A stretch of DNA of 64,000 nucleotides, from assembly GCA_025451235.1 (NCBI GenBank), contig JANWKT010000007.1, positions 249,511 to 313,510 of the forward strand. The letters are read 5' to 3'. The notes beneath the pieces were generated by a model. The model worked only from the letters and a program-made list of their open reading frames with translations. It ran no database searches and was not told where the DNA came from. The position numbers and the translations under genes were made by a program. Of the stretch, positions 17,101-24,657 are shown in pieces (the stretch's first letter is position 1; every line of letters starts with the position of its first letter). This DNA is from Flavobacteriales bacterium (GTDB lineage Bacteria > Bacteroidota > Bacteroidia > CAIKAF01).

Positions 17101-19889
17101 GTGCCCGAGGCATACGAGGAGAAATTATATTTTGGGGTTCGAATATCATCCCTATATCCGGCCTCATCATAATTATAATTATTGAATACTACCGATTGTG
17201 CACTTGCACCAAAACCACCTGTATTATTCGCAACAAACCAATAAGCACCATTATTATTTCCATCGGTCAAACCCCATAAAGCAGGGAATGTAGCACCTTC
17301 AAAACCTTCAACCAGAGGCAGGGCTTGCGGGCCAGCTACGGTTATCCAGTTGGTTACGGTAATAGTGTCACTTCCATTTACATTAATGGCTTGTAAGGTC
17401 ACTGCATAAGTTCCCGCGGTGCTATAAGTAACCGTTGGATTTTGTACAGTTGAACTCGCCGGGGTACCTCCAGGGAAGGTCCATATCCAGCTGGTAGGTG
17501 TATAGATAGATTGATCAAAATAATTCACTGACTGTCCAGGACAAATTAAATTGGTATTCGAAGTAAAATCTGCAATGGGTGCTTCAGAACCGGAGGTATA
17601 GAGATCACTTTCCCAGGTTCCCCTTCCGAAAGTGGCGGCTCTTATTTTATTAGGTGCTCCATAATAAATTTCAAGATCATTCACGATCACATTGGGTAAA
17701 CCTGCCAGATAAGGTGCCCACGAACTGGAAAGACTATCCCTTACATATACACCTACATCGGTTCCAACATATACGATCTGATTGGCATTTCCAGTCTGAA
17801 AGACAATACAATTGGCCGGTAAATTAGGCAACCCTGTACTATAATTCGTCCAACTGGTTCCTCCGTTAGTGGTTAAGAAAACTTTATTCCCTGATGAATA
17901 TCCTGAAAAAGTGACCCAAACTTTATTTGGATTGGTAGGAGATACTTCCAGGTTGGTTAACTGTGCACTTCCTACCGGCAATGTTCCGGTGATATTCGTC
18001 CATGCTGTTCCGGCATTGGAAGAACGCGAAACGGCATTGGATTTAACCGCATAAATAATTTGATTATTTGAAGGAGCTATATCAAATTCTACAATATTTC
18101 CAGTGCCCGATGGTGTACCCAATGCTGCCCAGTTACCACCGCCTGCGGTAATCGTGGTAGCTCGGTACATCGCTGGTCTTCCACCGGCATAAAAAGTGGT
18201 GGCAGTAGTTGGATCCTGATGCCACGGAGACAGCCAGGATGCATTTCCTGCTCCTTGGGGAAGTCCATTATCACAACCTGTCCAGGTTCCACCGCTGTTG
18301 GCTGATCTTCTATAATCACCATATACATAGGATTCAAGAAAAACTGCATTACTGGTTCTGTCGATATAGCAATCCATTCCATCCCCTCCGTATACCTCCG
18401 TCCAGGTTCCTCCTGTTAATCGATTGCAACCATTGTCTTGATGGCCTGCAAGTATAATCGTTGAGCTTGTAGGTGCTAAACCAAGTCTATATTGTTGTGC
18501 GATCTGCATTTGATTGCTCATATCCGTCCAGCTGGTTCCATTATTGGTGGTTCTCCAAACACCTCCATCATTGCCCGACCAAAGAGTGGTTCCACTCCCT
18601 GGTAAAAAAACCAGGTCATGAATATCGGCATGTACATAAGGAGTGCTGCAATTACCTGCCCCTCCTACCCAATGCGCTGCAACAGCAAAACTGGTTCCTC
18701 CGTTGGTGGATCTCCAGATATTAATTCCACCTATAAATACTTCATCCGCATTGGTGGGTGAAACTCCAATCGCAAGGTCATACCAACCTTGTCCTCCCGT
18801 TGTACTTCCATCACATTCATATCCCAAATAATTGGGTGAATTATCTCTTAAGGTAAAAGTTGTTCCATTATCTACTGAACGATAAACTCCTGTGAGCCCG
18901 GAATTCGTATTGTTACAGGCTAACATATATACGTAAGACTGGTTGGCACCTGTAACGGCAATGGCTAATCTTCCCGGAGTTCCAGGGACCCCGTTGGTGA
19001 TCTGGGTGAAGGTAGCCCCACTATTGGTCGATTTCCAGAAAGTTGTTCCACATGCATATACGGTAGTAGGATCCGAAGGTCTCAGCTCTGCATCCTTAAA
19101 ATTTCCTGTTTGCACCTGTGGCCAAGTGGTTCCGCCATCCGTAGTCCGGTAAATTCCATTAGAAGTGGCAGCAATAACGATTTGCGGGTTACTTGGATTG
19201 ATCAATAATCTGGATATGGTCCTTCCCTGATTGACGGTCCAGCTTAAATTGGTGGTATTCCAGGTGGTACCTCCATTGGTGGATTTAAGGACTCCTATAC
19301 TATAAGTATCCTGGGCATCTCCGTCACCGGTAGCAATGTACATGATCTGGGTATTGGTCGGATCAATAGCTATATCAGTTATACCCAGCACTGCCAATTG
19401 GTCTGTATTGGTGGTCCAGTTGGTACCTCCATTGGTAGTCTTCCACAAACCACCTGCAGGAGTTCCTGCGTACATAATATTTGAATTGGTTGGATCGAAA
19501 CGGATACAATTGACCCTTCCTGCCCCACCCCCAACCGGCGAACCGGTAGGTCCCATAGGGGTCCAGTTAGCAGCACGGGTTTCTAAATTAGCGGCGATCT
19601 GTGGATTTTCCTTGAGATAAAGTTGGAACTCTTCATACCCCCTGGAGGCATCCGTAACATTTCCCTTGGGATATACACGGGGTTCCATATAATGTGACCA
19701 TCTTTCAAAAACTTTATAACCTGATCCTTTTTGCGGAATGATCCCGGCCCATGCACTATCAAACGCAGCTCTGGTTTCATAATAATTTACACTTGGGTCT
19801 TTCATCATTTCGGCCCAAATCTGAGCATGAGCTGATCCAATAAAAAGAAATAATAAACCTGTAAAAAGTAGGATAGTTTTTTTCACCAT
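11112..19889 (-). CDS. Giant (2925 aa) T9SS-sorted surface protein: BNR/Asp-box (sortilin-like) beta-propeller region, PKD domains, jelly-roll (MAM-like) module, 21-22 tandem Ig-like units, type A CTD
   Basis: Signal peptide MVKKTILLFTGLLFLFIGSAHAQ. At least 9 Asp-box-like S/T-x-[DN]-x-G-x-[TS]-[WF] motifs (STNGGTTW, TTDGGTTW, TTNGGTSW and others). PKD-like FTSNTNLICPGQSVNYFDQS...WTFPGGTP...YSTAGTYAVTL. C-terminus INVYPNPNDGVFNVVV...GTYTLVIY. Confidence 0.9.
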   Translation of the reverse strand: MVKKTILLFTGLLFLFIGSAHAQIWAEMMKDPSVNYYETRAAFDSAWAGIIPQKGSGYKVFERWSHYMEPRVYPKGNVTDASRGYEEFQLYLKENPQIAANLETRAANWTPMGPTGSPVGGGAGRVNCIRFDPTNSNIMYAGTPAGGLWKTTNGGTNWTTNTDQLAVLGITDIAIDPTNTQIMYIATGDGDAQDTYSIGVLKSTNGGTTWNTTNLSWTVNQGRTISRLLINPSNPQIVIAATSNGIYRTTDGGTTWPQVQTGNFKDAELRPSDPTTVYACGTTFWKSTNSGATFTQITNGVPGTPGRLAIAVTGANQSYVYMLACNNTNSGLTGVYRSVDNGTTFTLRDNSPNYLGYECDGSTTGGQGWYDLAIGVSPTNADEVFIGGINIWRSTNGGTSFAVAAHWVGGAGNCSTPYVHADIHDLVFLPGSGTTLWSGNDGGVWRTTNNGTSWTDMSNQMQIAQQYRLGLAPTSSTIILAGHQDNGCNRLTGGTWTEVYGGDGMDCYIDRTSNAVFLESYVYGDYRRSANSGGTWTGCDNGLPQGAGNASWLSPWHQDPTTATTFYAGGRPAMYRATTITAGGGNWAALGTPSGTGNIVEFDIAPSNNQIIYAVKSNAVSRSSNAGTAWTNITGTLPVGSAQLTNLEVSPTNPNKVWVTFSGYSSGNKVFLTTNGGTSWTNYSTGLPNLPANCIVFQTGNANQIVYVGTDVGVYVRDSLSSSWAPYLAGLPNVIVNDLEIYYGAPNKIRAATFGRGTWESDLYTSGSEAPIADFTSNTNLICPGQSVNYFDQSIYTPTSWIWTFPGGTPASSTVQNPTVTYSTAGTYAVTLQAINVNGSDTITVTNWITVAGPQALPLVEGFEGATFPALWGLTDGNNNGAYWFVANNTGGFGASAQSVVFNNYNYDEAGYRDDIRTPKYNFSSYASGTLTFDVAYARYDATYSDTLSVWATTNCGSSWTQVWIKGGTTLSTAPDNTTTVFIPTPAQWRTENVNVSAYAGLPDVGFAFRNHGRYGQVIWVDNVNLTGSGGAPPAASFTTSGNTICAGQTITYTNTSSGATSFNWSFPGGTPVSGSTSPINVTYNTAGTYTTTLTAINANGSSTSTQTITVNALPTNTASNTGPFCVGGTIQLNATAGATDYDWTGPNSYVMNNTQNPAIGSATVAMAGTYTCTITNAAGCTTTSTTIVTVNTLPTQTASNGGPYCPGATIQLNATAGATDYDWIGPASYTQNNVQNPTRPGATVAMGGFYTVTITNAAGCTTTSTTNVVVNPQPTANATNGGPYCAGATIQLNSVGGSATDDWAGPSYTQNNTQNPTIAGATLAMAGNYTVTVTNGFGCTSTSSTAVVVNANPTANATNGGPYCVGATIQLNSLGGSASDDWAGPSYTQPNTQNPTRPGATLAMAGNYTVTVTNAAGCTSTSSTNVVVNANPTANATNTGPYCAGATIQLNSVGGSGTDDWAGPSYTQSNTQNPTITGSTVAMSGFYTVTVTNAAGCTSASSTNVVVNANPTANATNGGPYCAGATIQLNSVGGSGTDDWAGPSYTQPNTQNPTRPGATLAMAGNYTVTVTNAAGCTSASSTNVVVNANPTANATNGGPYCAGATIQLNSVGGTATDDWSGPLTYSAPNTQNPTITGSTVGMSGLYTVTVTNAAGCTSASSTNVVVNANPIANATNTGPYCVGSTIQLNSVGGSATDDWAGPSYTQNNLQNPSIPGATLAMTGNYTVTLTNAAGCTSTSSTLVTVNTTPVATATNTGPYCVGGTIQLNSTGGGTYSWAGPSSYSNGTQNPSIGGASLVMGGTYTVTVTLGGSCTASSTTAVVVNANPTANPTNTGPYCAGASIQLNSIGGSASDDWAGPSYTQNNMQNPTIPGSTVAMSGLYTLTVTDVNGCIGVASTNVVVNANPTANATNTGPYCVGGTIQLNSVGGSATDDWAGPSYTQNDMQNPSISGATLAMSGNYTVTVTNAAGCTSASSTLVTVNTTPTATASNTGPYCVGGTIQLNSTGGGTYSWAGPLTYSNGTQNPTLGPATAGMGGTYTVTVTLGGGCTASSTTAVVVNPTPTANATNTGPYCAGATILLSSVGGSASDDWSGPSYTQNNVQNPSIVGSTTAMTGNYTVTVTNGFGCTSTSSTAVTVNPSPTANATNTGPYCAGATIQLNSVGGSGTDDWSGPSYTQNNMQNPSIAGSTPAMTGNYTVTLTNGFGCTSTSSTAVTVNANPIANATNTGPYCEGATIQLNSVGGSGTDDWSGPSYTQNNMQNPSIPGSTVGMTGNYTVTVTNGAGCTSTSSTTVTVNANPVATASNTGPYCSGATIQLNSTGVGTPSWSGPLSYSNGTANPTIGPSTPGMTGIYTVTVTNVAGCTSASTTSVTVNTTPTANASNTGPYCEGAAVQLNATGGGTYSWSGPSGFSDTNQNPSLGGAVLSMAGVYTVTVTLPGGCTASATTTIAVNTVPSVGANVSLNTVCQGQSVVFSGSGANSYSWNNGVTDGVPFIPAITNTYTVTGTALNGCTATATTTVTVNTLPNATANSNSPLCDGQTLNLTSGGGTDYDWMGPNSYVQNNTQNPSIPGVTTINAGTYTVTVTDGNGCSNTASTLVVINSNLTITAGSNSPVCDGSDLLLSVTNVGGATYDWSGPNSYISNTQNPTITGASFVNAGTYTVTATNLGCSGTSTVTVVINALPTPVANSNSPVCEGSSLDLTGTGGIDFDWIGPNSFVLNDTQNPVINPATPADAGVYTVTVTDANGCSATATVNAVVNPAPVTPTISANGDTLMANPSSGFNYQWYMNGSIISGEINPTYIASITADYSVVITDGNGCTSTSSDFNYVNTTGIDGSEAYGFINVYPNPNDGVFNVVVSNEHAAYYHLRVYNSIGQLVVQKNDIATSEIDAYEVDLSTFAVGTYTLVIYINRDAHSVKVVKK
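11607..16556 (-). repeat. In-frame tandem array of 21 Ig-like units (71-80 aa; mostly 237 nt) inside the giant gene
   Basis: Unit starts (minus strand) read from the DNA: 16556, 16316 (inferred), 16076, 15839, 15602, 15365, 15128, 14888, 14651, 14417, 14180, 13943, 13709, 13472, 13235, 12998, 12764, 12530, 12317, 12080, 11843. Consensus NANPTANATNTGPYCAGATIQLNSVGGSxTDDWAGPSYTQNNxQNPxIPGATLAMxGNYTVTVTNAAGCTSxSSTxVxV. Confidence 0.95.
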
Positions 19890-20189
19890 GGGGGAGGAGT
19901 TTTTAGTACCTCCAAATATAAGTTAAAAGATATTAAAATTTAATTAAAACCTAATGCTATCAGGTGATTGGAGGGGTAAGAGGCCATTGAAAAGCCGTGC
20001 ATCTTGACTGAACCCGACCAGGGCAAGGAGAATGCCTCCCTTTTTGGGTGAGACCCTGCTTTACATAGAACCGGGAAGATGCCCTCCATAAGGAGTTTTG
20101 AATACATAAAAATTGTTTAATAACCTGTTTAAAACATATTTTGCGATGTAAATTATAGTTAATGTAAAAAACCATATTTGCTATATATT

Positions 20190-20197
20190 TACCTTTG
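20190..20197 (+). promoter_or_regulatory. Candidate Bacteroidota -7 promoter box (TAccTTTG) upstream of trxA
   Basis: Matches TAnnTTTG, 25 nt upstream of ATG 20223. I found no well-spaced -33 TTTG. Confidence 0.3.
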
Positions 20198-20222
20198 TAC
20201 TTTAAAACAAATAATTAAAACT

Positions 20223-20540
20223 ATGGCAGTTCAAATAACAGATGCAAACTTTGATGAGTTGGTGAAAAACAGCAATAAACCCGTAATGATCGATTTTTGG
20301 GCAGAATGGTGCGGTCCATGCAAAATGATTGGCCCATTGGTAGAAGAATTACACAATGAATACGGTGATAAAGCTGTGATCGGGAAAGTGGACGTTGACA
20401 ACAACCCCCAGGTTTCGGTAAACTTTGGGATCAGAAATATTCCGACCATCCTTTTCTTTAAAAACGGGGAAGTTGTAGACAAGCATGTGGGGGTTGCTCC
20501 TAAAAATGTTTTAGCAGCCAAACTCAATGCTCTTCTATAG
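20223..20540 (+). CDS. trxA: Thioredoxin
   Basis: MAVQITDANFDELV...IDFWAEWCGPCKMIGP...: WCGPC active site at canonical length (105 aa). The ORF track begins upstream at 20178; ATG 20223 fits thioredoxin N-termini. Confidence 0.9.
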   Translation: MAVQITDANFDELVKNSNKPVMIDFWAEWCGPCKMIGPLVEELHNEYGDKAVIGKVDVDNNPQVSVNFGIRNIPTILFFKNGEVVDKHVGVAPKNVLAAKLNALL

Positions 20541-23004
20541 AAAGCATTTAAAAAATATTCTACAAAGGCTCGTTTTTTTCGGATTCCTTTTTACTAATGC
20601 ATATACGCAGCAGCTGAAAGGGGTTATTTATAACGAAAAAAACGAGCCTTTGCCTTTTGTAAATATCAGTATAGACGGCACCGGGATAGGCACTTCCAGT
20701 AATTTATCAGGAGCATATACCCTGGGTTTAAAAAATGGCACCTATACCATTAGCTTCAGGTATGTGGGGTATAGTACCATTAAAAAAGAAGTGGTGATCA
20801 ATGGGAAAGACCTTACCTTGGATGTTACCCTCAACGAACAGCAGATTGAAATAAAGCCTTATTATGTTACCGGTGGAGAAGATCCTGCCTACGGGATCAT
20901 TCGCATGGCTCAGAAAAAAAGAAAATTCTATCTGGAACAAGTAAGAAATTACCAATACGACTCTTATATCAAAGGATCAGCCTATTTACGAAATGCCCCG
21001 GAGAAAGTCATGGGTCGTGAAGTTTTTTTGGATGGCCTTGATTCCACCCGAAGTGGGATGATCTATTTATCCGAATCAGTGAGCAAAGTATACCTGAAAG
21101 GTCATGACGAAAAAGAGATCATGGTCTCCTCCAAAGTAGCGGGACGATCACAAGGATTTAGCTGGAACTCGGCGCTTGAATTCCAATTGAATTTTTATGA
21201 GAACCTGGTACCCACACCGGTGACTGATAGAGACGTGGTCTCCCCTATCGCTGTGGATGCCATGACCTATTATAAATATAAACTGTTAGGAGAATATGAG
21301 GACCATGGCCGTACCATTTATAAAATTGAAATAAAACCTAAGCTCACCGGAAGCCCTTTAGTAAATGGTATTGTTGAGATCCAGGACAGCACCTGGAGGA
21401 TCCACGCCATTGATATTTTTGTAACCAAGAACAATGGAATGGATTTCCTGGATACTCTCAATATGAGGGTGATCTTTGTTCCTGTTACAAATGATATCTG
21501 GCTCAAAGGGACCCAGCAATTTGATTTTAAATTCACCTTTGTCTTATTTAAAATAAAAGGGGATGGGCATTTCTTAGGCAGCTTTAACAACTATATCATC
21601 GATCCCAAATTCGAAAAGAATTTCTTTAATGGTGAAGTGGTAAAGATTGATGAAGAGTCCAATAAAAAATCGGATACTTATTGGGACAGTATACGCCCTG
21701 TACCCCTTACCAACGAAGAGAACAAGGACTACGAATTCAAGGATAGCCTGGAGGAGGTCAGGGGTACCAAATCCTATATGGATTCCCTCGATCGAAAGCG
21801 GAATAAATTCAAGGCAACGGATCTTTTATCGGGCTATACCTGGAGAAATTCGTACCACCGGCTTGAATTTTATGTAAGCTCTCCATTAATGGGATTCCAT
21901 TTTAATACGGTAGAAGGGATCGTGCTTACCCAGGAATTAGGTTTTGAAAAATATTTTAAAGAGAAAAAAGCACAAACCAATGTCGACGCCTTTGTGAGGT
22001 ATGGATTCGATGATGGAAGGTTGTTTGCCAAGGGCAGGATCAGGCATCGGTTCAACAGTGTGAACCGCTGGTTCCTGCAATTAGAAGGGGGGCATTATAT
22101 TTCGCAGTTCAATGGAGATGCCATGCCTGAACTGCACAATTCATTGTACACTATTTTCCTGGAGATCAATCATTGGCGGTTGTATGAAAAAAATTATATT
22201 AAATTTTCAACCGGTGGGGAGATTGTGAATGGATTTAAAATGAATTTTGTGTTTGAAGCAGACCACCGAAAAGTGCTACAAAACGCTAACCCATTAACGC
22301 ATTTTTATATCAACAACAATAACCGGAGTTTTGGAAGCAATACGGATTTTAAAAATCCAACAGTTCTATTGCCATCTGCTCCCGGATGGTTCATCACCAC
22401 CCAGTTACAGCTCTCCTATACCCCTGGTCAGAAATACATGATGCGTCCTAAATTCAAACTGGATTACCCCAGCAAATGGCCCACCTTTGGAGTGGCAGGC
22501 AGGTTGGTTTTTGTGAACATTGATGGATCCAGCAGTATAGGAGATTTTATGGAAGGGGAATTTTTTATGGACCAGAGTATTGATATGGGTATCATTGGAA
22601 ATTCAGAATATTTTGTTTCTGCAGGATATTTCTTTAAAAAACCGGCATATTTTTTCGGCTACCATCATTTCAACACTACCCAAACTGCTTTTGCACCGCG
22701 TGATGAGCTTCGTTCATTCTGGACCCTCCCTTATTACCAGGCATCAACCAACGAATGGTTTGTGCAGGCACATTACCAGCATCATTTCGAAGGATTGTTA
22801 TTGGGCAAGATCCCGGGTATTAAAAAAGCAAAGATCTACGAAGTGGTGGGTTTCCATTTTTTATACAATCCAGTGATCAAGGATTATTATGAGTTTACCG
22901 TAGGATTCGAAAATATTTTCCGCATCATCCGTGTGGATTTCGTGGGTGGATTTATCAGGGGTGAAAACCCTATGTGGGGGGGAAGAATAAAGATTCGGAT
23001 TTAG
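20527..23004 (+). CDS. CarboxypepD_reg-like domain plus large beta-rich domain protein (DUF5686-like outer-membrane/secreted protein)
   Basis: 825 aa. Signal-like N-terminus. GVIYNEKNEPLPFVNISIDGTGIGTSSNLSGAYTLGLKNGTYTISFRYVGYST is a carboxypeptidase-regulatory-like fold. The ~800-aa architecture is typical of Bacteroidota DUF5686 proteins. Its start overlaps the trxA end by 14 nt. Confidence 0.65.
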   Translation: MLFYRKHLKNILQRLVFFGFLFTNAYTQQLKGVIYNEKNEPLPFVNISIDGTGIGTSSNLSGAYTLGLKNGTYTISFRYVGYSTIKKEVVINGKDLTLDVTLNEQQIEIKPYYVTGGEDPAYGIIRMAQKKRKFYLEQVRNYQYDSYIKGSAYLRNAPEKVMGREVFLDGLDSTRSGMIYLSESVSKVYLKGHDEKEIMVSSKVAGRSQGFSWNSALEFQLNFYENLVPTPVTDRDVVSPIAVDAMTYYKYKLLGEYEDHGRTIYKIEIKPKLTGSPLVNGIVEIQDSTWRIHAIDIFVTKNNGMDFLDTLNMRVIFVPVTNDIWLKGTQQFDFKFTFVLFKIKGDGHFLGSFNNYIIDPKFEKNFFNGEVVKIDEESNKKSDTYWDSIRPVPLTNEENKDYEFKDSLEEVRGTKSYMDSLDRKRNKFKATDLLSGYTWRNSYHRLEFYVSSPLMGFHFNTVEGIVLTQELGFEKYFKEKKAQTNVDAFVRYGFDDGRLFAKGRIRHRFNSVNRWFLQLEGGHYISQFNGDAMPELHNSLYTIFLEINHWRLYEKNYIKFSTGGEIVNGFKMNFVFEADHRKVLQNANPLTHFYINNNNRSFGSNTDFKNPTVLLPSAPGWFITTQLQLSYTPGQKYMMRPKFKLDYPSKWPTFGVAGRLVFVNIDGSSSIGDFMEGEFFMDQSIDMGIIGNSEYFVSAGYFFKKPAYFFGYHHFNTTQTAFAPRDELRSFWTLPYYQASTNEWFVQAHYQHHFEGLLLGKIPGIKKAKIYEVVGFHFLYNPVIKDYYEFTVGFENIFRIIRVDFVGGFIRGENPMWGGRIKIRI

Positions 23005-23055
23005 GGATGGATAGATTCTTACTTCGTCATTCAAATGTTCTATTGTTCGAATATT

Positions 23056-23871
23056 CTATTCCACAATTTTTATCATCCCTTTCGCCACCATGGTTTCCAA
23101 TTTTTGGGGGGAGGCGGTCATCGATTTAGGGAAATCAAATTCACCTTCATTGATCATCCCATCTTTCTGCAAGACCTTGTAAGTCTCCGATGTAATTGCG
23201 GTAATATTTTTAATCGTAAAAGCAACACATTCCAAACGGGGGAAATGTTCCAGGTTTTCCAATTTCGAAAATGGGTTGTCTACCAAATACAGATCGATGA
23301 GGTGTTGAAGTGGTTTTGCCGGCGGATAGGTTTCTTTTATTTTATTGTGATGCATGTATAGTACCATGATGCTTTCAGGCATATGGTCGTATGAAAAAAC
23401 AGGGAGTTCGTTTTCCTGCATATAAATTTCTTTCACCGCTATGTATCCTTTTAAATCGGCCATAGTGCTAATATAATTTCTATCAATCTCCAATATTTCC
23501 AGTGAAGCTGGTAATCCTTCCAGTTTTTTGATCTTATTATTCCCCAGGTGAAGAACTTGCAGTGAGGGAAGCTGATCGATCCCTTCTATCACCTCAATAT
23601 CATTATCTGTTAACCATAGCATTTTCAGGTCCCGTAAATTTTCGAGTCCTTCCATTTTGGTGATGGAGTTGTTCAGCAAATTAAGTTTTTGCAAATGAAC
23701 AAGTCCCTCTACATTCTCAACCTTCCCGATCTTATTATTACTGAGATCCAGTTCCTCCAGGTTTTTGAACCCGCTTAGATCAGGAATCGACTTTAAATTC
23801 TTTTTACTCAGCTTCAAGATCTTTGTTTCCGGATCATATTTAGTTCCGGCAATTTCAATTCCTTCACTCAT
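23056..23871 (-). CDS. Leucine-rich-repeat protein (22-residue SDS22-like repeats), no signal peptide
   Basis: 271 aa. Repeats of LxxLxxLxLxxNxIxxIExL, for example LEELDLSNNKIGKVENVEGLVHLQKLNLLNNSITKMEGLENLRDLKMLWLTDNDIEVIEGI. The N-terminus MSEGIEIAGTKYD is hydrophilic. Confidence 0.8.
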   Translation of the reverse strand: MSEGIEIAGTKYDPETKILKLSKKNLKSIPDLSGFKNLEELDLSNNKIGKVENVEGLVHLQKLNLLNNSITKMEGLENLRDLKMLWLTDNDIEVIEGIDQLPSLQVLHLGNNKIKKLEGLPASLEILEIDRNYISTMADLKGYIAVKEIYMQENELPVFSYDHMPESIMVLYMHHNKIKETYPPAKPLQHLIDLYLVDNPFSKLENLEHFPRLECVAFTIKNITAITSETYKVLQKDGMINEGEFDFPKSMTASPQKLETMVAKGMIKIVE

Positions 23872-24066
23872 AATACCTGTTTTAAATGTATATATAAAGA
23901 TAAGAAAATAAGGGTGTCCGAGTCTCCTTCATCACCATAGGCCAGCAGTCCCCACCTACCTTACACCGAACTTCCCGATAACTTCCTATAGTATAGCAAG
24001 AGACACTGTATCTTTATTTATTTGCCAATATACATCATCATTCTTCGTTATTCTTCGTTTGCTTGA

Positions 24067-24086
24067 CCCACGACTTAAGTCGTGGG
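24067..24086. other. Perfect 20-bp palindrome CCCACGACTTAAGTCGTGGG in a divergent intergenic region; function unknown
   Basis: Read directly from the sequence. It lies between the LRR gene start (23871, minus strand) and the lipoprotein gene start (24179, plus strand). Confidence 0.5.
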
Positions 24087-24178
24087 ATATGCTAACGATT
24101 GCAAGTATGAGGATGGCAAAGAAATAAAGGATTTACGGCTAAAATTATTATCCTACCTTTATCTCTTAGACGATCATT

Positions 24179-24556
24179 ATGAAAAAAAGCATTTTTCCTA
24201 CTATCCTTCTTTTAACCTTTCTTCTTGCTGCCTGTGGTGGAAAGAAAGAAGTTCCCACCGAACAAAAAGAGGAAAATAATCCTACTGAACAAACAACCAA
24301 TATCGAAGAAAAAGTTGTGTATAAAGAAGCAGTGGTATATGCCGGTTCTACAGATTTTGTTTTCGAGAATGGGAAAAAAGAAACCATCATGATAAGGGTT
24401 TCCAACGAAGAAAATACCATTAAATTTCCTGGCAATATGTTAGACACCGCCACCGTGGAAGGTCCTCCAGGGGCCAATCCGGCCCTGGTAGGCAAGTCTT
24501 TTCTCATCATCAAGAACAGCAAGGGAGAAGTAATTGAGATCAAATTATCGGAATAA
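24179..24556 (+). CDS. Small lipoprotein, function unknown
   Basis: 125 aa. MKKSIFPTILLLTFLLAACGG carries the lipobox LAAC. A terminator follows. Confidence 0.7.
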   Translation: MKKSIFPTILLLTFLLAACGGKKEVPTEQKEENNPTEQTTNIEEKVVYKEAVVYAGSTDFVFENGKKETIMIRVSNEENTIKFPGNMLDTATVEGPPGANPALVGKSFLIIKNSKGEVIEIKLSE

Positions 24557-24604
24557 TAAAAAAAGAAAGGTCCACATTCAAAGTTGTACGCATGGGCTCC
24601 AAAT

Positions 24605-24637
24605 AAAAAAGCATTCGTAAAAAACGAATGCTTTTTT
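24605..24637. terminator. Bidirectional intrinsic terminator between convergent genes
   Basis: A6-GCATTCGT-AAAAA-ACGAATGC-T6. 8-bp perfect stem at 24611-24618 / 24624-24631. Confidence 0.8.
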
Positions 24638-24657
24638 ATTGATTAAATATTTTGATT

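Noticed and set aside
23035-23361. 108-aa plus-strand ORF antisense to the LRR gene. Likewise 24166-24543 is antisense to the lipoprotein gene, and 47202-47681 and 47703-47921 are antisense to the K+ channel gene.
   Set aside because: The sense-strand genes have clear family motifs (LRR periodicity, lipobox, TTVGYGD). The antisense products are low-complexity, for example the poly-Ser/Ile peptide from the complement of the GAA tract.
24085-24115. gctaacga... string that superficially resembles a tmRNA tag-coding region
   Set aside because: No tRNA-like ends, no resume-codon context and no ANDENYALAA-type reading frame. It is a chance similarity.
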